A stretch of DNA of 64,000 bases from Candidatus Saccharimonadota bacterium. GTDB taxonomy: Bacteria > Patescibacteriota > Saccharimonadia > Saccharimonadales > Saccharimonadaceae. Within the stretch, counting starts at the first letter, position 1; each line of letters opens with the position of its first letter. The position numbers and the translations under genes are program-made. The notes under the pieces were generated by a model. It was not told the origin of the DNA and made no database searches. It worked only from the letters and a program-made list of their open reading frames with translations. Shown one piece after another: positions 53,199 through 62,322 of the stretch. The stretch lies in NCBI GenBank assembly GCA_032153715.1, contig JALDYR010000004.1:1140-65139 (forward strand). The letters run 5' to 3'.

Positions 53199-54126
53199 AT
53201 GCAACTTCTTGCGTATTGATTGGATACGGGATGCTGTTAAGGAGGTCTTCGGCAGTTTTGAGTTCATGCTCGGCTTCAAGAACGGCAGCATAGCTTTCGA
53301 TAAGTTCTGGCGTGGCATCATCTGCTGAATACGACTGTTCTCTGGCGATCGCACGAATGTCATCGAGCCTTGCTTGTGCTTGGTGGAGAGAGCGCTTGGC
53401 AACGTCGATACGATCATGTGTTGCGGCGCGCGTGAGTGCATCGGTTTCGGCGTGCGCCTCTTGGCGTAGGGCGTAGAGTTCTTGCTTGATTGGTGAATGT
53501 TGATTTGCTGCTTGAATAAGTGCGTGAGCAAGATCACCGCAAATGTTTTCGTTTTCAACTGCGCGACCTGTTGCGGTGTGAAGCGGGAGGTTGCCTGCGT
53601 CTTCGAGTCGCTGATGGATGTCGTCCTCATGATTGGCGGCATCTTTGATGACGGCTTTGAGTGCACCGGCGACGAGCTTTTTCTGCTCATCAAGATCTTG
53701 AGGGAGGTGGTCTATATGTTTGATGTCGTTTGCATCAATTGCAGCAATTCGACGGTAGTTTTCCGTGAGATTATACGCTTCGATGGCGTCATAAGCTGCT
53801 GTCATGCAATAAGCGTCAGGAAGGCCGGGATGGACACCGTCTTCGAGTACATTCGCAGTGAGCTCCAGGGCAGAGATGCAGATGAGCTCATTCTGGCGGG
53901 CGATTTCTTCTGGGGTGAATGTATCGCCAATGCGTTCTTTGACTTCAGCGAGAGCACTGATGCGCGCACGAGGGTCTTCAATCTGATCGATGTCCGTGAG
54001 GATTTCTCCGGAAAGATCGTTGGAGAGGTATACTTCCTGAAGAATCTGATCCTCTGTTAATGAAGGAGAAGCCGTCGCTTCGTTATCGTGAACTGCAGTT
54101 GAAAGTCTATCTAGTGTTTGCGTCAT
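53197..54126 (-). CDS. Acidic hypothetical protein (309 aa)
   Basis: Longest of three overlapping ORFs in this region. Composition is protein-like (D/E/A/L/I-rich, helical). The stop abuts the terminator. Confidence 0.6.
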   Translation of the reverse strand: MTQTLDRLSTAVHDNEATASPSLTEDQILQEVYLSNDLSGEILTDIDQIEDPRARISALAEVKERIGDTFTPEEIARQNELICISALELTANVLEDGVHPGLPDAYCMTAAYDAIEAYNLTENYRRIAAIDANDIKHIDHLPQDLDEQKKLVAGALKAVIKDAANHEDDIHQRLEDAGNLPLHTATGRAVENENICGDLAHALIQAANQHSPIKQELYALRQEAHAETDALTRAATHDRIDVAKRSLHQAQARLDDIRAIAREQSYSADDATPELIESYAAVLEAEHELKTAEDLLNSIPYPINTQEVA

Positions 54127-54293
54127 TCAGATACCATCTATGCTATATTACGATTTATTTATGTTCTGATACTAGCAGTTTAAGCGTAATAAATCAATAG
54201 CAGTATCTCATCAGGGGTATAGGTGATTGTGAATAATCTTACAAACTAACGGCACTACCTCTGTTTCTGGAAATACGGTATACTATAAAGGAT

Positions 54294-55808
54294 ATGGCAA
54301 CACTCCAAGATTACAGGGATGAGCGACTCCGAAAGCTCGCCGAACTAAAAGAACTAGGTATTAATCCGTACCCAGCAGATGCTCACCGTACGCATATGGC
54401 CGGTGAAATTACTGCTAACTTTGACGAACTAGAAGGCGATATGGCAATTGTCGCTGGACGTATTGCGGGTATTCGCAAGTTTGGCAAGCTGGCATTTATC
54501 GTCTTGAAAGACGTCTCGGGATCAATTCAATTATTTTTACACGCACCAGATGTGGCCGAGCTTGAACCAAGCCAGGGTATTGTAGGCATGATGCAACTGC
54601 CGCTGCTTGATACGGGTGACTTTATAGAAGCGACTGGCGAAGTGATTCGCACGAAGACTGGTGAAATTTCAGTTGCTGCGAAATCAATTCGTTTGCTAAC
54701 CAAGAGTCTGCGTCCAATGCCGACAGAGCTAACGAACAAGGAAGAGCGTTTCCGCCGTCGTTATGTTGATATGGGTGTTAATCAGGACGTGCGTGAGCGA
54801 TTTGTACGCCGCAGCAAGTTTTGGCAGGCAACGCGACAATTCTTGAATGAGCGAGACTTCCTTGAGGTGAATATTCCAGTTCTTGAAACGACAGCTGGCG
54901 GCGCTGATGCAAATCCATTTGTAACGCACATGGATGCACTAGATCAGGATTTCTATCTGCGCATTAGCCACGAGCTGCCGCTCAAGCGCCTGCTGGTAGC
55001 TGGTTATGAAAAAGTCTATGATATCGGTGCTCGTTTCCGTAACGAGAACTACAGCGACGAACACCTTCCGGAACACGTGGCTATGGAATGGTACTGGGCG
55101 TATTCGGACTGGGAGAAGGGTATGGCGCTGACCGAAGAAATGATTCGCTACATCGCTGATCATACCTGGGGTACGCGTAAGTTTACACTTGCCGATGGTA
55201 GCGTGGTTGATTTTGGTAATGATGGTGAGCATTTCCCGCGCATTAGTTTTGTCGAGGTGCTTCGCGACCAGTACGGTATTGATGTGTTTAATTCGTCAAT
55301 TGAAGACATTGCGGCGAAATTGAAAGAGCACGGCCTCGAGGTCGAGAAGCAGGACAATCGCCAGCGTAGCCTCGATAAACTATGGAAAAAGTACCGCAAG
55401 ACAATTGCTGGCCCGGCTTTCCTAGTCGATATGCCAACCTTTATGCAGCCGCTTGCCAAGGTGCAGCCGGACAATCCTGCACTCACCGAGCAGTTCAACT
55501 TGGTGTTTGGCGGTAGTGAAATGTGCAAGGCCTTTTCAGAGCTGAATGATCCGATTGATCAGTACAATCGCTTCCTTGAACAGCAACAGATGCGCGATAG
55601 TGGCGACGACGAGGCGCAAATGATGGACATTGATTACGTTGAAGCGCTGGAGTACGCGATGCCACCGGCCTGTGGTCTTGGTTTCTCGGAGCGTGTTTTT
55701 TGGTCGTTGGAGGGTATAACAGCTCGCGAAGGTGTACCATTCCCGCACCTGCGTAGCGAGATCGACCCGACTACAAAAGATATCTACCCAGAGTTGAAAC
55801 TGAACTAG
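54294..55808 (+). CDS. lysS: Lysyl-tRNA synthetase, class II
   Basis: R..K...L...G..PYP N-terminus, OB domain, RRRY.D(L/M) motif, and class II motifs (FRNE, GGADA, GLG.SERV). Confidence 0.95.
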   Translation: MATLQDYRDERLRKLAELKELGINPYPADAHRTHMAGEITANFDELEGDMAIVAGRIAGIRKFGKLAFIVLKDVSGSIQLFLHAPDVAELEPSQGIVGMMQLPLLDTGDFIEATGEVIRTKTGEISVAAKSIRLLTKSLRPMPTELTNKEERFRRRYVDMGVNQDVRERFVRRSKFWQATRQFLNERDFLEVNIPVLETTAGGADANPFVTHMDALDQDFYLRISHELPLKRLLVAGYEKVYDIGARFRNENYSDEHLPEHVAMEWYWAYSDWEKGMALTEEMIRYIADHTWGTRKFTLADGSVVDFGNDGEHFPRISFVEVLRDQYGIDVFNSSIEDIAAKLKEHGLEVEKQDNRQRSLDKLWKKYRKTIAGPAFLVDMPTFMQPLAKVQPDNPALTEQFNLVFGGSEMCKAFSELNDPIDQYNRFLEQQQMRDSGDDEAQMMDIDYVEALEYAMPPACGLGFSERVFWSLEGITAREGVPFPHLRSEIDPTTKDIYPELKLN

Positions 55809-55834
55809 TTGTAAACCTAGAAAAAGAGAAAAGC

Positions 55835-55860
55835 CCAGTCGCGTGTTGCGAGCTGGGCGT
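55835..55860. terminator. Hairpin between convergent lysS and the 122-aa gene
   Basis: GCCCAGTCGC gtgtt GCGAGCTGGGC (one bulge), with AAAAGAGAAAA upstream and GTTCCTTTT downstream. Confidence 0.6.
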
Positions 55861-55873
55861 TCCTTTTACCTTT

Positions 55874-56242
55874 CTATGAGTTGATCATGATATGTTCGCT
55901 GCTTTTTAATCTCAGTGCTGCACCAAGGTCTTGGCCAAGGCCGAGTTGAACCTCGTCGTGGTGCAGGATATCGATAATTGCTTGCGTGGCAGTTTCATTA
56001 TCTCCGCAGTGCAGAGCGGGGAAACGAAGCGCGTGCTGTTCACCACGCTCGTCTCGACCAAGTAATCGAAAGTCTTCGTCTCGGTAGACGTCCGCTTGAA
56101 ACCACGTGATATCTTTCCACGTCGTCATCTTCATGAGTTGCTGAAACCTGTCAAAAGCCTCGTCAGCAGGAATAGACTGTCTTGTGGTATAGGTGATCGT
56201 TGACTTACTCAATTTCACTCCATTGGGTAGGTAAAAGGACAT
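55874..56242 (-). CDS. Hypothetical protein (122 aa)
   Basis: ORF only. Divergent from the kinase-helicase pair, with a 44-nt gap. Confidence 0.5.
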   Translation of the reverse strand: MSFYLPNGVKLSKSTITYTTRQSIPADEAFDRFQQLMKMTTWKDITWFQADVYRDEDFRLLGRDERGEQHALRFPALHCGDNETATQAIIDILHHDEVQLGLGQDLGAALRLKSSEHIMINS

Positions 56243-56286
56243 ATATATTTAATCATATTATTTATATCAGGTCAAAAGAGGTGGAG

Positions 56287-57033
56287 ATGACTAGGCGGTT
56301 ATGTAAGGAAGTTTGGAGCTGTCTGTTATTATTAATGGTAATGGTTTACGAGACTATCATTCGAGCGGTGTTGGCACGGCAATTTACTCAGACGCTGATT
56401 GTGGGTGTAGATGGCATTGATGCATCTGGCAAGACGGTATTTGCGGACGAGTTGGGGGAGCGGTTACGTCAGGTGACGGATCGCCAGGTTGTGCGTATTA
56501 GTCTTGATGGCTTTTTGAATCCAGAAGCGATTCGCATGCGACAAGGCCGATTGTCGGCGCAGGGTCAGTACGATGACTGGCTGAATATTACAGCGGTAAT
56601 TGCACTCGTGTTGAACCCGCTTCGAGAGCTGACACCTCGGTATACGCCGGCGATCTATAACAAAGAGGGGGATGTCGAGATTCGCGCCAACCCGCTGACA
56701 ATTCCTACTGGGAGCATCGTAATTATTGACAGTATTTTCTTGGCGCGGCCAGAGTTTCGTGCGGCGCTGTCGATGCATATTTGGCTTGAGGTGAATGATT
56801 CGGTGGCATTGGGTAGAATGGTGCGCCGCGCGCGCGAGCGTAATGAGGCGGGCGACCTGATTCGTCTGAAGCAAATGTTTACCGAACGCTACCTAGGTGC
56901 ACAAGTATTGTATAAACAAGTTGCGCACCCAACTTTGGTCGCTGATTTTATTATCGATAATAACGATTTCATACACCCGGTCATTAGGAGTCAAAAGACT
57001 CCGACTGGTGAGCGAATGGAGGTTGGCGTATGA
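56287..57033 (+). CDS. P-loop nucleoside/nucleotide kinase-like protein (uridine kinase/PRK family-like)
   Basis: Walker A IVGVDGIDASGKT and a downstream IVIIDSIFL (Walker B-like). ATG 56287 follows the SD sequence AAGAGGTGGAG. Confidence 0.6.
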   Translation: MTRRLCKEVWSCLLLLMVMVYETIIRAVLARQFTQTLIVGVDGIDASGKTVFADELGERLRQVTDRQVVRISLDGFLNPEAIRMRQGRLSAQGQYDDWLNITAVIALVLNPLRELTPRYTPAIYNKEGDVEIRANPLTIPTGSIVIIDSIFLARPEFRAALSMHIWLEVNDSVALGRMVRRARERNEAGDLIRLKQMFTERYLGAQVLYKQVAHPTLVADFIIDNNDFIHPVIRSQKTPTGERMEVGV

Positions 57034-59348
57034 CGGCTACAGATACTTTTAATGATCTGCCGGTTCGGCAGTTTCATGATCAGATTGTCCAGGCGATTGA
57101 CGAAAATCAAGTGACAATTATTACTGCTGAAACTGGGGCGGGCAAGAGTACGCAGGTGCCGCAGTATTTGGCCGAGCATGGTTATAGTAAAGTGGTCGTG
57201 ACGCAGCCGCGTATTTTAGCGGCGCGCAACCTGAGCCGTCGTGTGCGCGAGGAATGGTCGCTGCGAACTGGGGTTGATAGCGATGAGATTATCGGCTATC
57301 GCACTGCTCATGAGCGAGACGATAGTCCGCGAACACAAATTTTATACTGCACCGATGGATTGCAGCTGGTTCGCGAAATTACTGGCGCAGGCATTGGCGA
57401 GCGGCAAGTGCTGGTGCTTGATGAAGTGCATGAGTGGAATGAGAATATGGAAGTATTGGTGGCGTGGGCAAAACACCGCTGCCAGGAAGAACCACGCTTT
57501 AAAGTTGTGATTATGAGCGCAACGATCGAGACGGATACGCTCGCGCAGTACTTTGATACGCCAGCAGTCGTTAACGTCCCCGGGCGAAGTTTTGACGTGA
57601 CGAAGCGTCGCGGAACCGACGTGTTAAGCGAGATATTTAATCAGTTGCAGTCGGGCGTGCAGAGTAATATGCTGGTCTTTTTGCCAGGTAAGTCCGAGAT
57701 TCAAGATGTCGGCGATGTCGTGAAGGCAAAGGCTGACGCTGCTGGCGTGCCGGTGATTCCGCTGCACAGTCAGCTTGAGGCAACAGCGCAACAAGAGGCA
57801 TTTGCTAATTACCCAAATGGCAAAATTATTCTTGCGACCAATATCGCCCAAACGAGCGTCACAATTGATGACATTGATGTCGTGATTGATAGCGGCCTGG
57901 AGCGGCGTAGTGAAGTCCGAAATGGCGTTGAGGGGCTGTTTATTGCCCAGATTTCACAGGCGGATTGTTTGCAACGCGCTGGGCGAGCGGGTCGCGTCAA
58001 AGCGGGTGAGTATGTACTAGCACCATATGACACGATGCCGTGTCTTGAGTTTGATGAACGACCAGCTTATGCAACACCAGAAATCCTTCGCAAGCACATC
58101 GATCGATTAACCCTGCGTCTGGCAAATGTTGGCATTGATATTGAAACACTCGATTTTTATCACGACCCAAGTCACAAGGCAATCGTCCAGGCAAAGCGAA
58201 CGCTCGTTGCGCTTGGGGCGCTTTCGACGCAAGGCGACGTGACACGGATTGGCCGACAGATGGAGCAGTTTCCAGTTGAATCAAGTTTCGCACGCATGCT
58301 GGTTGAATCGAAGAGCTTTAGCGACGACGTGCAAACAAAACTAGCGGCTATTATTGGCATCCAAGAAATCGGCGGGATTATTAAGGGCGGCCCACGCTAT
58401 ACAGGCTGGCGAAAATATACCAAGCAGTACAAGTCTGATTTGTTGGCGCAATATGACGTTTACCTGGCGCTGCCGCAAATCCTTCCTGACGAGTACGAGG
58501 ATATTGGGATTATTAGCAAAAACATTCACAAAGCGCGTGAGGTGATGGAGCGACTTGACCGCGACCTGGGGCTTGATCCAGAGTTACTAACGCCAATCGC
58601 TGATAGCGAGCAAGAGCCACTGATGCGATGTATCGTTGCTGGTCAGATCGATCAACTATGGGCAGTTGATGAGCGCGGCGACGCAACGCATATTACCACG
58701 AAAAAACGCCGCGAGCTTTCAAGCAGCACGGTGGTGCGAAATCCAAAACTCGTCGCTGGTACGCCATTTGACCTACAGGTGCCGACGCGAAGTGGAGGAC
58801 TTGAGACATTGAATCTTGTGCAAAATCTGACGGCTGTTTCTCCGGAGTGGCTCGTTGATTTGGCGCCGCATTTATTTGCTGGACGACGCGGCAAGGCGTT
58901 TTATGATCCGCGAACCGGCATGCTAACGACTCGTCAACTGGTTCGCTTTGGTGGCCAAGTGCTCGAGGCGGGCGGTGAGCCGGTGCTCGAGAATACGCCC
59001 GAAGCGCGGCGACTCTTCGTCGAAGCCTTTTCAACGTGGGCGCATGAACAGTTAGAGAAGGAGCGGCGCAGCTACGCTCGCTTCCATACCAAGCGCATTC
59101 CGCCGGTTCCGCTGCGGCAGCTACAGCAGCAAGTCAAGGCAACTGCCGGGGGTGTTATCTCACTCAGTGAGTTGACGTCGCAGCAGCGTGCAAACCTGAT
59201 GGATTTGTCAAAGCTGCATACCCATCTAGGGAATGATTTCATGGCGCAAGTTGGAACAACGCGCCATTCGCATCATCACGAGCAATCTCGATCGCGTGGT
59301 TGGCAGCCAAAGCACAAGCGTAAGTACGATCGTCGACGCGATTCGTAA
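57030..59348 (+). CDS. DEAH-box (HrpA/HrpB-like) ATP-dependent helicase
   Basis: Motif I AETGAGKSTQVPQ, II DEVHEW, III SAT, V TNIAQTSVTIDDI, VI QRAGRAGR, followed by an HA2/OB-like C-terminal half and a basic tail. Start overlaps the kinase stop (ATGA). Confidence 0.85.
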   Translation: MTATDTFNDLPVRQFHDQIVQAIDENQVTIITAETGAGKSTQVPQYLAEHGYSKVVVTQPRILAARNLSRRVREEWSLRTGVDSDEIIGYRTAHERDDSPRTQILYCTDGLQLVREITGAGIGERQVLVLDEVHEWNENMEVLVAWAKHRCQEEPRFKVVIMSATIETDTLAQYFDTPAVVNVPGRSFDVTKRRGTDVLSEIFNQLQSGVQSNMLVFLPGKSEIQDVGDVVKAKADAAGVPVIPLHSQLEATAQQEAFANYPNGKIILATNIAQTSVTIDDIDVVIDSGLERRSEVRNGVEGLFIAQISQADCLQRAGRAGRVKAGEYVLAPYDTMPCLEFDERPAYATPEILRKHIDRLTLRLANVGIDIETLDFYHDPSHKAIVQAKRTLVALGALSTQGDVTRIGRQMEQFPVESSFARMLVESKSFSDDVQTKLAAIIGIQEIGGIIKGGPRYTGWRKYTKQYKSDLLAQYDVYLALPQILPDEYEDIGIISKNIHKAREVMERLDRDLGLDPELLTPIADSEQEPLMRCIVAGQIDQLWAVDERGDATHITTKKRRELSSSTVVRNPKLVAGTPFDLQVPTRSGGLETLNLVQNLTAVSPEWLVDLAPHLFAGRRGKAFYDPRTGMLTTRQLVRFGGQVLEAGGEPVLENTPEARRLFVEAFSTWAHEQLEKERRSYARFHTKRIPPVPLRQLQQQVKATAGGVISLSELTSQQRANLMDLSKLHTHLGNDFMAQVGTTRHSHHHEQSRSRGWQPKHKRKYDRRRDS

Positions 59349-59420
59349 AATACTGCTTGAACTGATTCTTTGTTCGGGTGTGTAGTAGACAGCGGTTTTC
59401 AATTCGAGGAGAGACAAAAT

Positions 59421-61526
59421 ATGCTCAGTATTACATCGGTATTATCTTTATTTACATTGCTTGCGCTGTCGTCGGCGGTCTTTTTTGTCGCCAAGCGCTT
59501 CAAGGTACCGTACACGGTACTGCTGGTTCTCGTCGGCTTGTTGCTGGTACCGATCGTCAAGTTGCCGTACCTTGAGCCTGTCTTTGGGTTTTTGGACGAT
59601 CTGAAGCTGACGCCTGAGCTGCTATTCTATATCTTTTTACCAATCTTGATCTTTGAGTCGGCATTTAATATGAATGTCCGAAAGATGATTGACAACGTTT
59701 GGTCAATTTCTTTGCTGGCGGTGGTTGGGCTACTCGTTTCAACGGTGTTGATCGCAACAGCGCTTTATTTCCTGCTGCCAATGATCGGCTTTCATATTCC
59801 ATTTATTATTGCACTGCTATTTGGGGCAATCATTTCATCAACCGATCCAGTGGCTGTTTTGGCATTATTCAAGGACTTTGGTGCGCCAAAACGACTGACC
59901 ATGATTTTTGAAGGCGAAAGTCTGTTTAATGACGGTACAGCGGTCGCACTATTCTTGGTGATTCTTGCGGTTGCAACCGAAGGCTTTCACGGCCCGGTAA
60001 CGGTTATGAATGGCATTGCAATGTTCGTGGGTATGGTTGTATTTGGTATTGCACTGGGGCTGATTATGGCGGTGTTATTCTCACGCGCGCTCCGCTTTAC
60101 GCGCAGTAATGAGTTTGTCACCGTGACACTGCTGATTATTTCAGCGCACCTGGTCTTTATCCTAGCGGAAATCATTAACGAGCATGGATTTTTCGGTCTC
60201 CCGATTCACGTTTCGTCAATTATCGCAACGACAGTCGCAGCACTCTTTTTAGGTAACTATTCGCGTAATATTCTCACGCCGCAAACTGATGAGTATCTGA
60301 GTAAATTTGTTGAACACGTGGCGTTTATTGCTAACTCGCTGGTCTTTATCTTGGCCGGGCTGTTGTTCGCATCCGCGCAGATTGACGTGAGTACGCTGTG
60401 GTTGCCGATCTTGCTGACCGTGTTCGTGGTTGCGATAGTGCGCGTCATTGCCGTCTATGCTGTCACGACGCCACTGAACGCTTTGCGACTCGAGGCCAAG
60501 ATTCCGCAGTCGTGGCAGCTCTTGCTCGCATGGGGTAGTTTGCGCGGGGCGCTGGCGATCATTATCGTCTTGTTAATTCCGGATGACTTTATGGTCGAGG
60601 GCTGGCAATATGCGTACTCGCCGAAAGATTTCCTACTTGCGATTACTATAGGGTGCATACTTGCAACACTGTTCATTAAGGCGCCGCTGATTGGCACGGT
60701 CATGCGCGCACTTAAGATCAATAAACCCGAGCCGTTAAAGTTAGCGCATGAAGCTGATCTGGGTATCTATTACTTGTTGACTGAGCAGTCGCGGTTCGAG
60801 ACGCACAAAACACGCGGTTTCGTTCGCGATGAGCACTACAAGCTGCTTGCACAGCAGCTGGATCAAAAGCTAAAGGACGCCTTTAGTGAACGAGATGAGC
60901 TGATGAAAAAGTATGGTCAGCGTTTGTTTGATCAGTCACTGCACTTGATGACAATTCATGTCGAGTCGTATGTTCTAAAGCAGCTGTATGTGAATGGCGA
61001 GATTAGCGAGCGAATGTTCAGGAAGATCAACGGCAAGCTTAATCTGCAGACGGAAAAAATCGAATACGCTCGTCATGACGAGATTGACCCGACGTCGTAT
61101 ACTGACCGCAAAGACATCTTTGATCGATTGGTTAATTTTATGCAGACGATTTTTGATCGCAAAAACAGAGAAGTGAGCTTGGAAGAGAAGCTGCAGTATT
61201 ATCGTGCTCAGATGATTATGGCGCGCAAGGCGGTCGCGACGATTCGATCGATGCAGGATGAATACACAACTGCTGTGTTTATGGAGGAGTCATACGCAAA
61301 GGTCACTGCCCGTTACGAGCATTTTAAGGACCAATGTGCAGATAAGGTTGACGCACTTCTCGGTCATCATAATGAAGAGCTATCGCCATACTTGACATAC
61401 CTTGCAAAGAAGTCGATTGCCGCATCAGGTACTCGTGCGCTTGATTTCCTTCATGGGCGGGGTATCGTCAATGAGCTCGTCGAGGATGAGATTAGGCATC
61501 GTTGGTCGAAGGACCTTCTTGGTTAG
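59421..61526 (+). CDS. Na+/H+ (cation/proton) antiporter, CPA1/NhaP-type, with a long cytoplasmic C-terminal domain
   Basis: About 11 TM segments with the FESAFN and SSTDPVAV motifs. A roughly 280-aa helical soluble tail. ATG 59421 follows GAGGAGAG. Confidence 0.8.
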   Translation: MLSITSVLSLFTLLALSSAVFFVAKRFKVPYTVLLVLVGLLLVPIVKLPYLEPVFGFLDDLKLTPELLFYIFLPILIFESAFNMNVRKMIDNVWSISLLAVVGLLVSTVLIATALYFLLPMIGFHIPFIIALLFGAIISSTDPVAVLALFKDFGAPKRLTMIFEGESLFNDGTAVALFLVILAVATEGFHGPVTVMNGIAMFVGMVVFGIALGLIMAVLFSRALRFTRSNEFVTVTLLIISAHLVFILAEIINEHGFFGLPIHVSSIIATTVAALFLGNYSRNILTPQTDEYLSKFVEHVAFIANSLVFILAGLLFASAQIDVSTLWLPILLTVFVVAIVRVIAVYAVTTPLNALRLEAKIPQSWQLLLAWGSLRGALAIIIVLLIPDDFMVEGWQYAYSPKDFLLAITIGCILATLFIKAPLIGTVMRALKINKPEPLKLAHEADLGIYYLLTEQSRFETHKTRGFVRDEHYKLLAQQLDQKLKDAFSERDELMKKYGQRLFDQSLHLMTIHVESYVLKQLYVNGEISERMFRKINGKLNLQTEKIEYARHDEIDPTSYTDRKDIFDRLVNFMQTIFDRKNREVSLEEKLQYYRAQMIMARKAVATIRSMQDEYTTAVFMEESYAKVTARYEHFKDQCADKVDALLGHHNEELSPYLTYLAKKSIAASGTRALDFLHGRGIVNELVEDEIRHRWSKDLLG

Positions 61527-61593
61527 GTGGCGTCTGTCATGAATATGACGTCGCACATAAGCAAGAGTGATACACTAGAAAAAAGGGGTATTG

Positions 61594-62319
61594 ATGATTG
61601 AAGTAAACCATGTCACGAAAACGTATGGCAAAAAGCAAAATACGTTTACGGCACTCGATGATGTAAGTTTTGTAATTCCAGATGGCGCGAGTGTTGCGAT
61701 TCTGGGAAAGTCGGGAAGTGGCAAGTCGACGCTGATGCACGCTATGAGCGGGCTTGATCGTCCTGAAAAGGGTGAAGTTGTCATTGACGGCGAGGATATT
61801 CTGAAGCTAAAGGCAAAAGCAGTTGATAAGTTTCGTGCGAGCAAGATGAGTTTTATTTTCCAATCGTTCTTCGTACAGGCGAATGAGACTTGTTATGACA
61901 ACGTTAGCTTGCCACTTGAGATTTCTAAGCTGTCGCCAAACCAGCGCAAGCAAAAAGTCGAAAAAGCGCTTAATTCTGTTGAACTAGGTGATAAGCTGCG
62001 ATCTCGCGCTCGTGATCTTTCAGGTGGCCAAAAGCAGCGCCTGGCAATTGCCCGCGCCATTGTCAACGAGCCGAAAATTTTGTTTGCCGACGAACCAACG
62101 GGCAACCTCGATAGTGCAACTGGTGAAGTTGTCGAGGGCATCTTGTTTGGTTACAACAAAAAGAATGGCACGACACTGATTATCGTGACGCACGACCCAG
62201 ACTTGGCCGCAAAGTGTGATATCGAGATTCGTATTAAGGACGGCAAGATTGAATCAATCAGGGATACAAAGGCAATAGTGAAAAAAAGGACGTCAGTGCG
62301 TACGGGGGCGGGAGTATAA
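61594..62319 (+). CDS. ABC transporter ATP-binding protein (MacB/LolD/FtsE-like)
   Basis: Walker [10 protein letters not shown], signature LSGGQKQR, Walker [10 protein letters not shown]-loop VTHD. Confidence 0.9.
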   Translation: MIEVNHVTKTYGKKQNTFTALDDVSFVIPDGASVAILGKSGSGKSTLMHAMSGLDRPEKGEVVIDGEDILKLKAKAVDKFRASKMSFIFQSFFVQANETCYDNVSLPLEISKLSPNQRKQKVEKALNSVELGDKLRSRARDLSGGQKQRLAIARAIVNEPKILFADEPTGNLDSATGEVVEGILFGYNKKNGTTLIIVTHDPDLAAKCDIEIRIKDGKIESIRDTKAIVKKRTSVRTGAGV

Positions 62320-62322
62320 CTT

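Noticed and set aside
53139-54060. Alternative-frame ORFs 53139..53693 (-) and 53497..54060 (+) overlapping the 309-aa gene
   Set aside because: The 184-aa frame runs through the bidirectional terminator hairpin and is S/T/K/P/Q-rich. The plus-strand frame is C/F/V-rich. Only the 309-aa frame looks protein-like.
54127-54293. Possible T-box or L-box leader upstream of lysS (also checked upstream of serS at 63700-63756)
   Set aside because: There is no UGGN bulge between paired helices, no specifier-type hairpin and no terminator. The serS gap is too short (a terminator plus a -10 box only).
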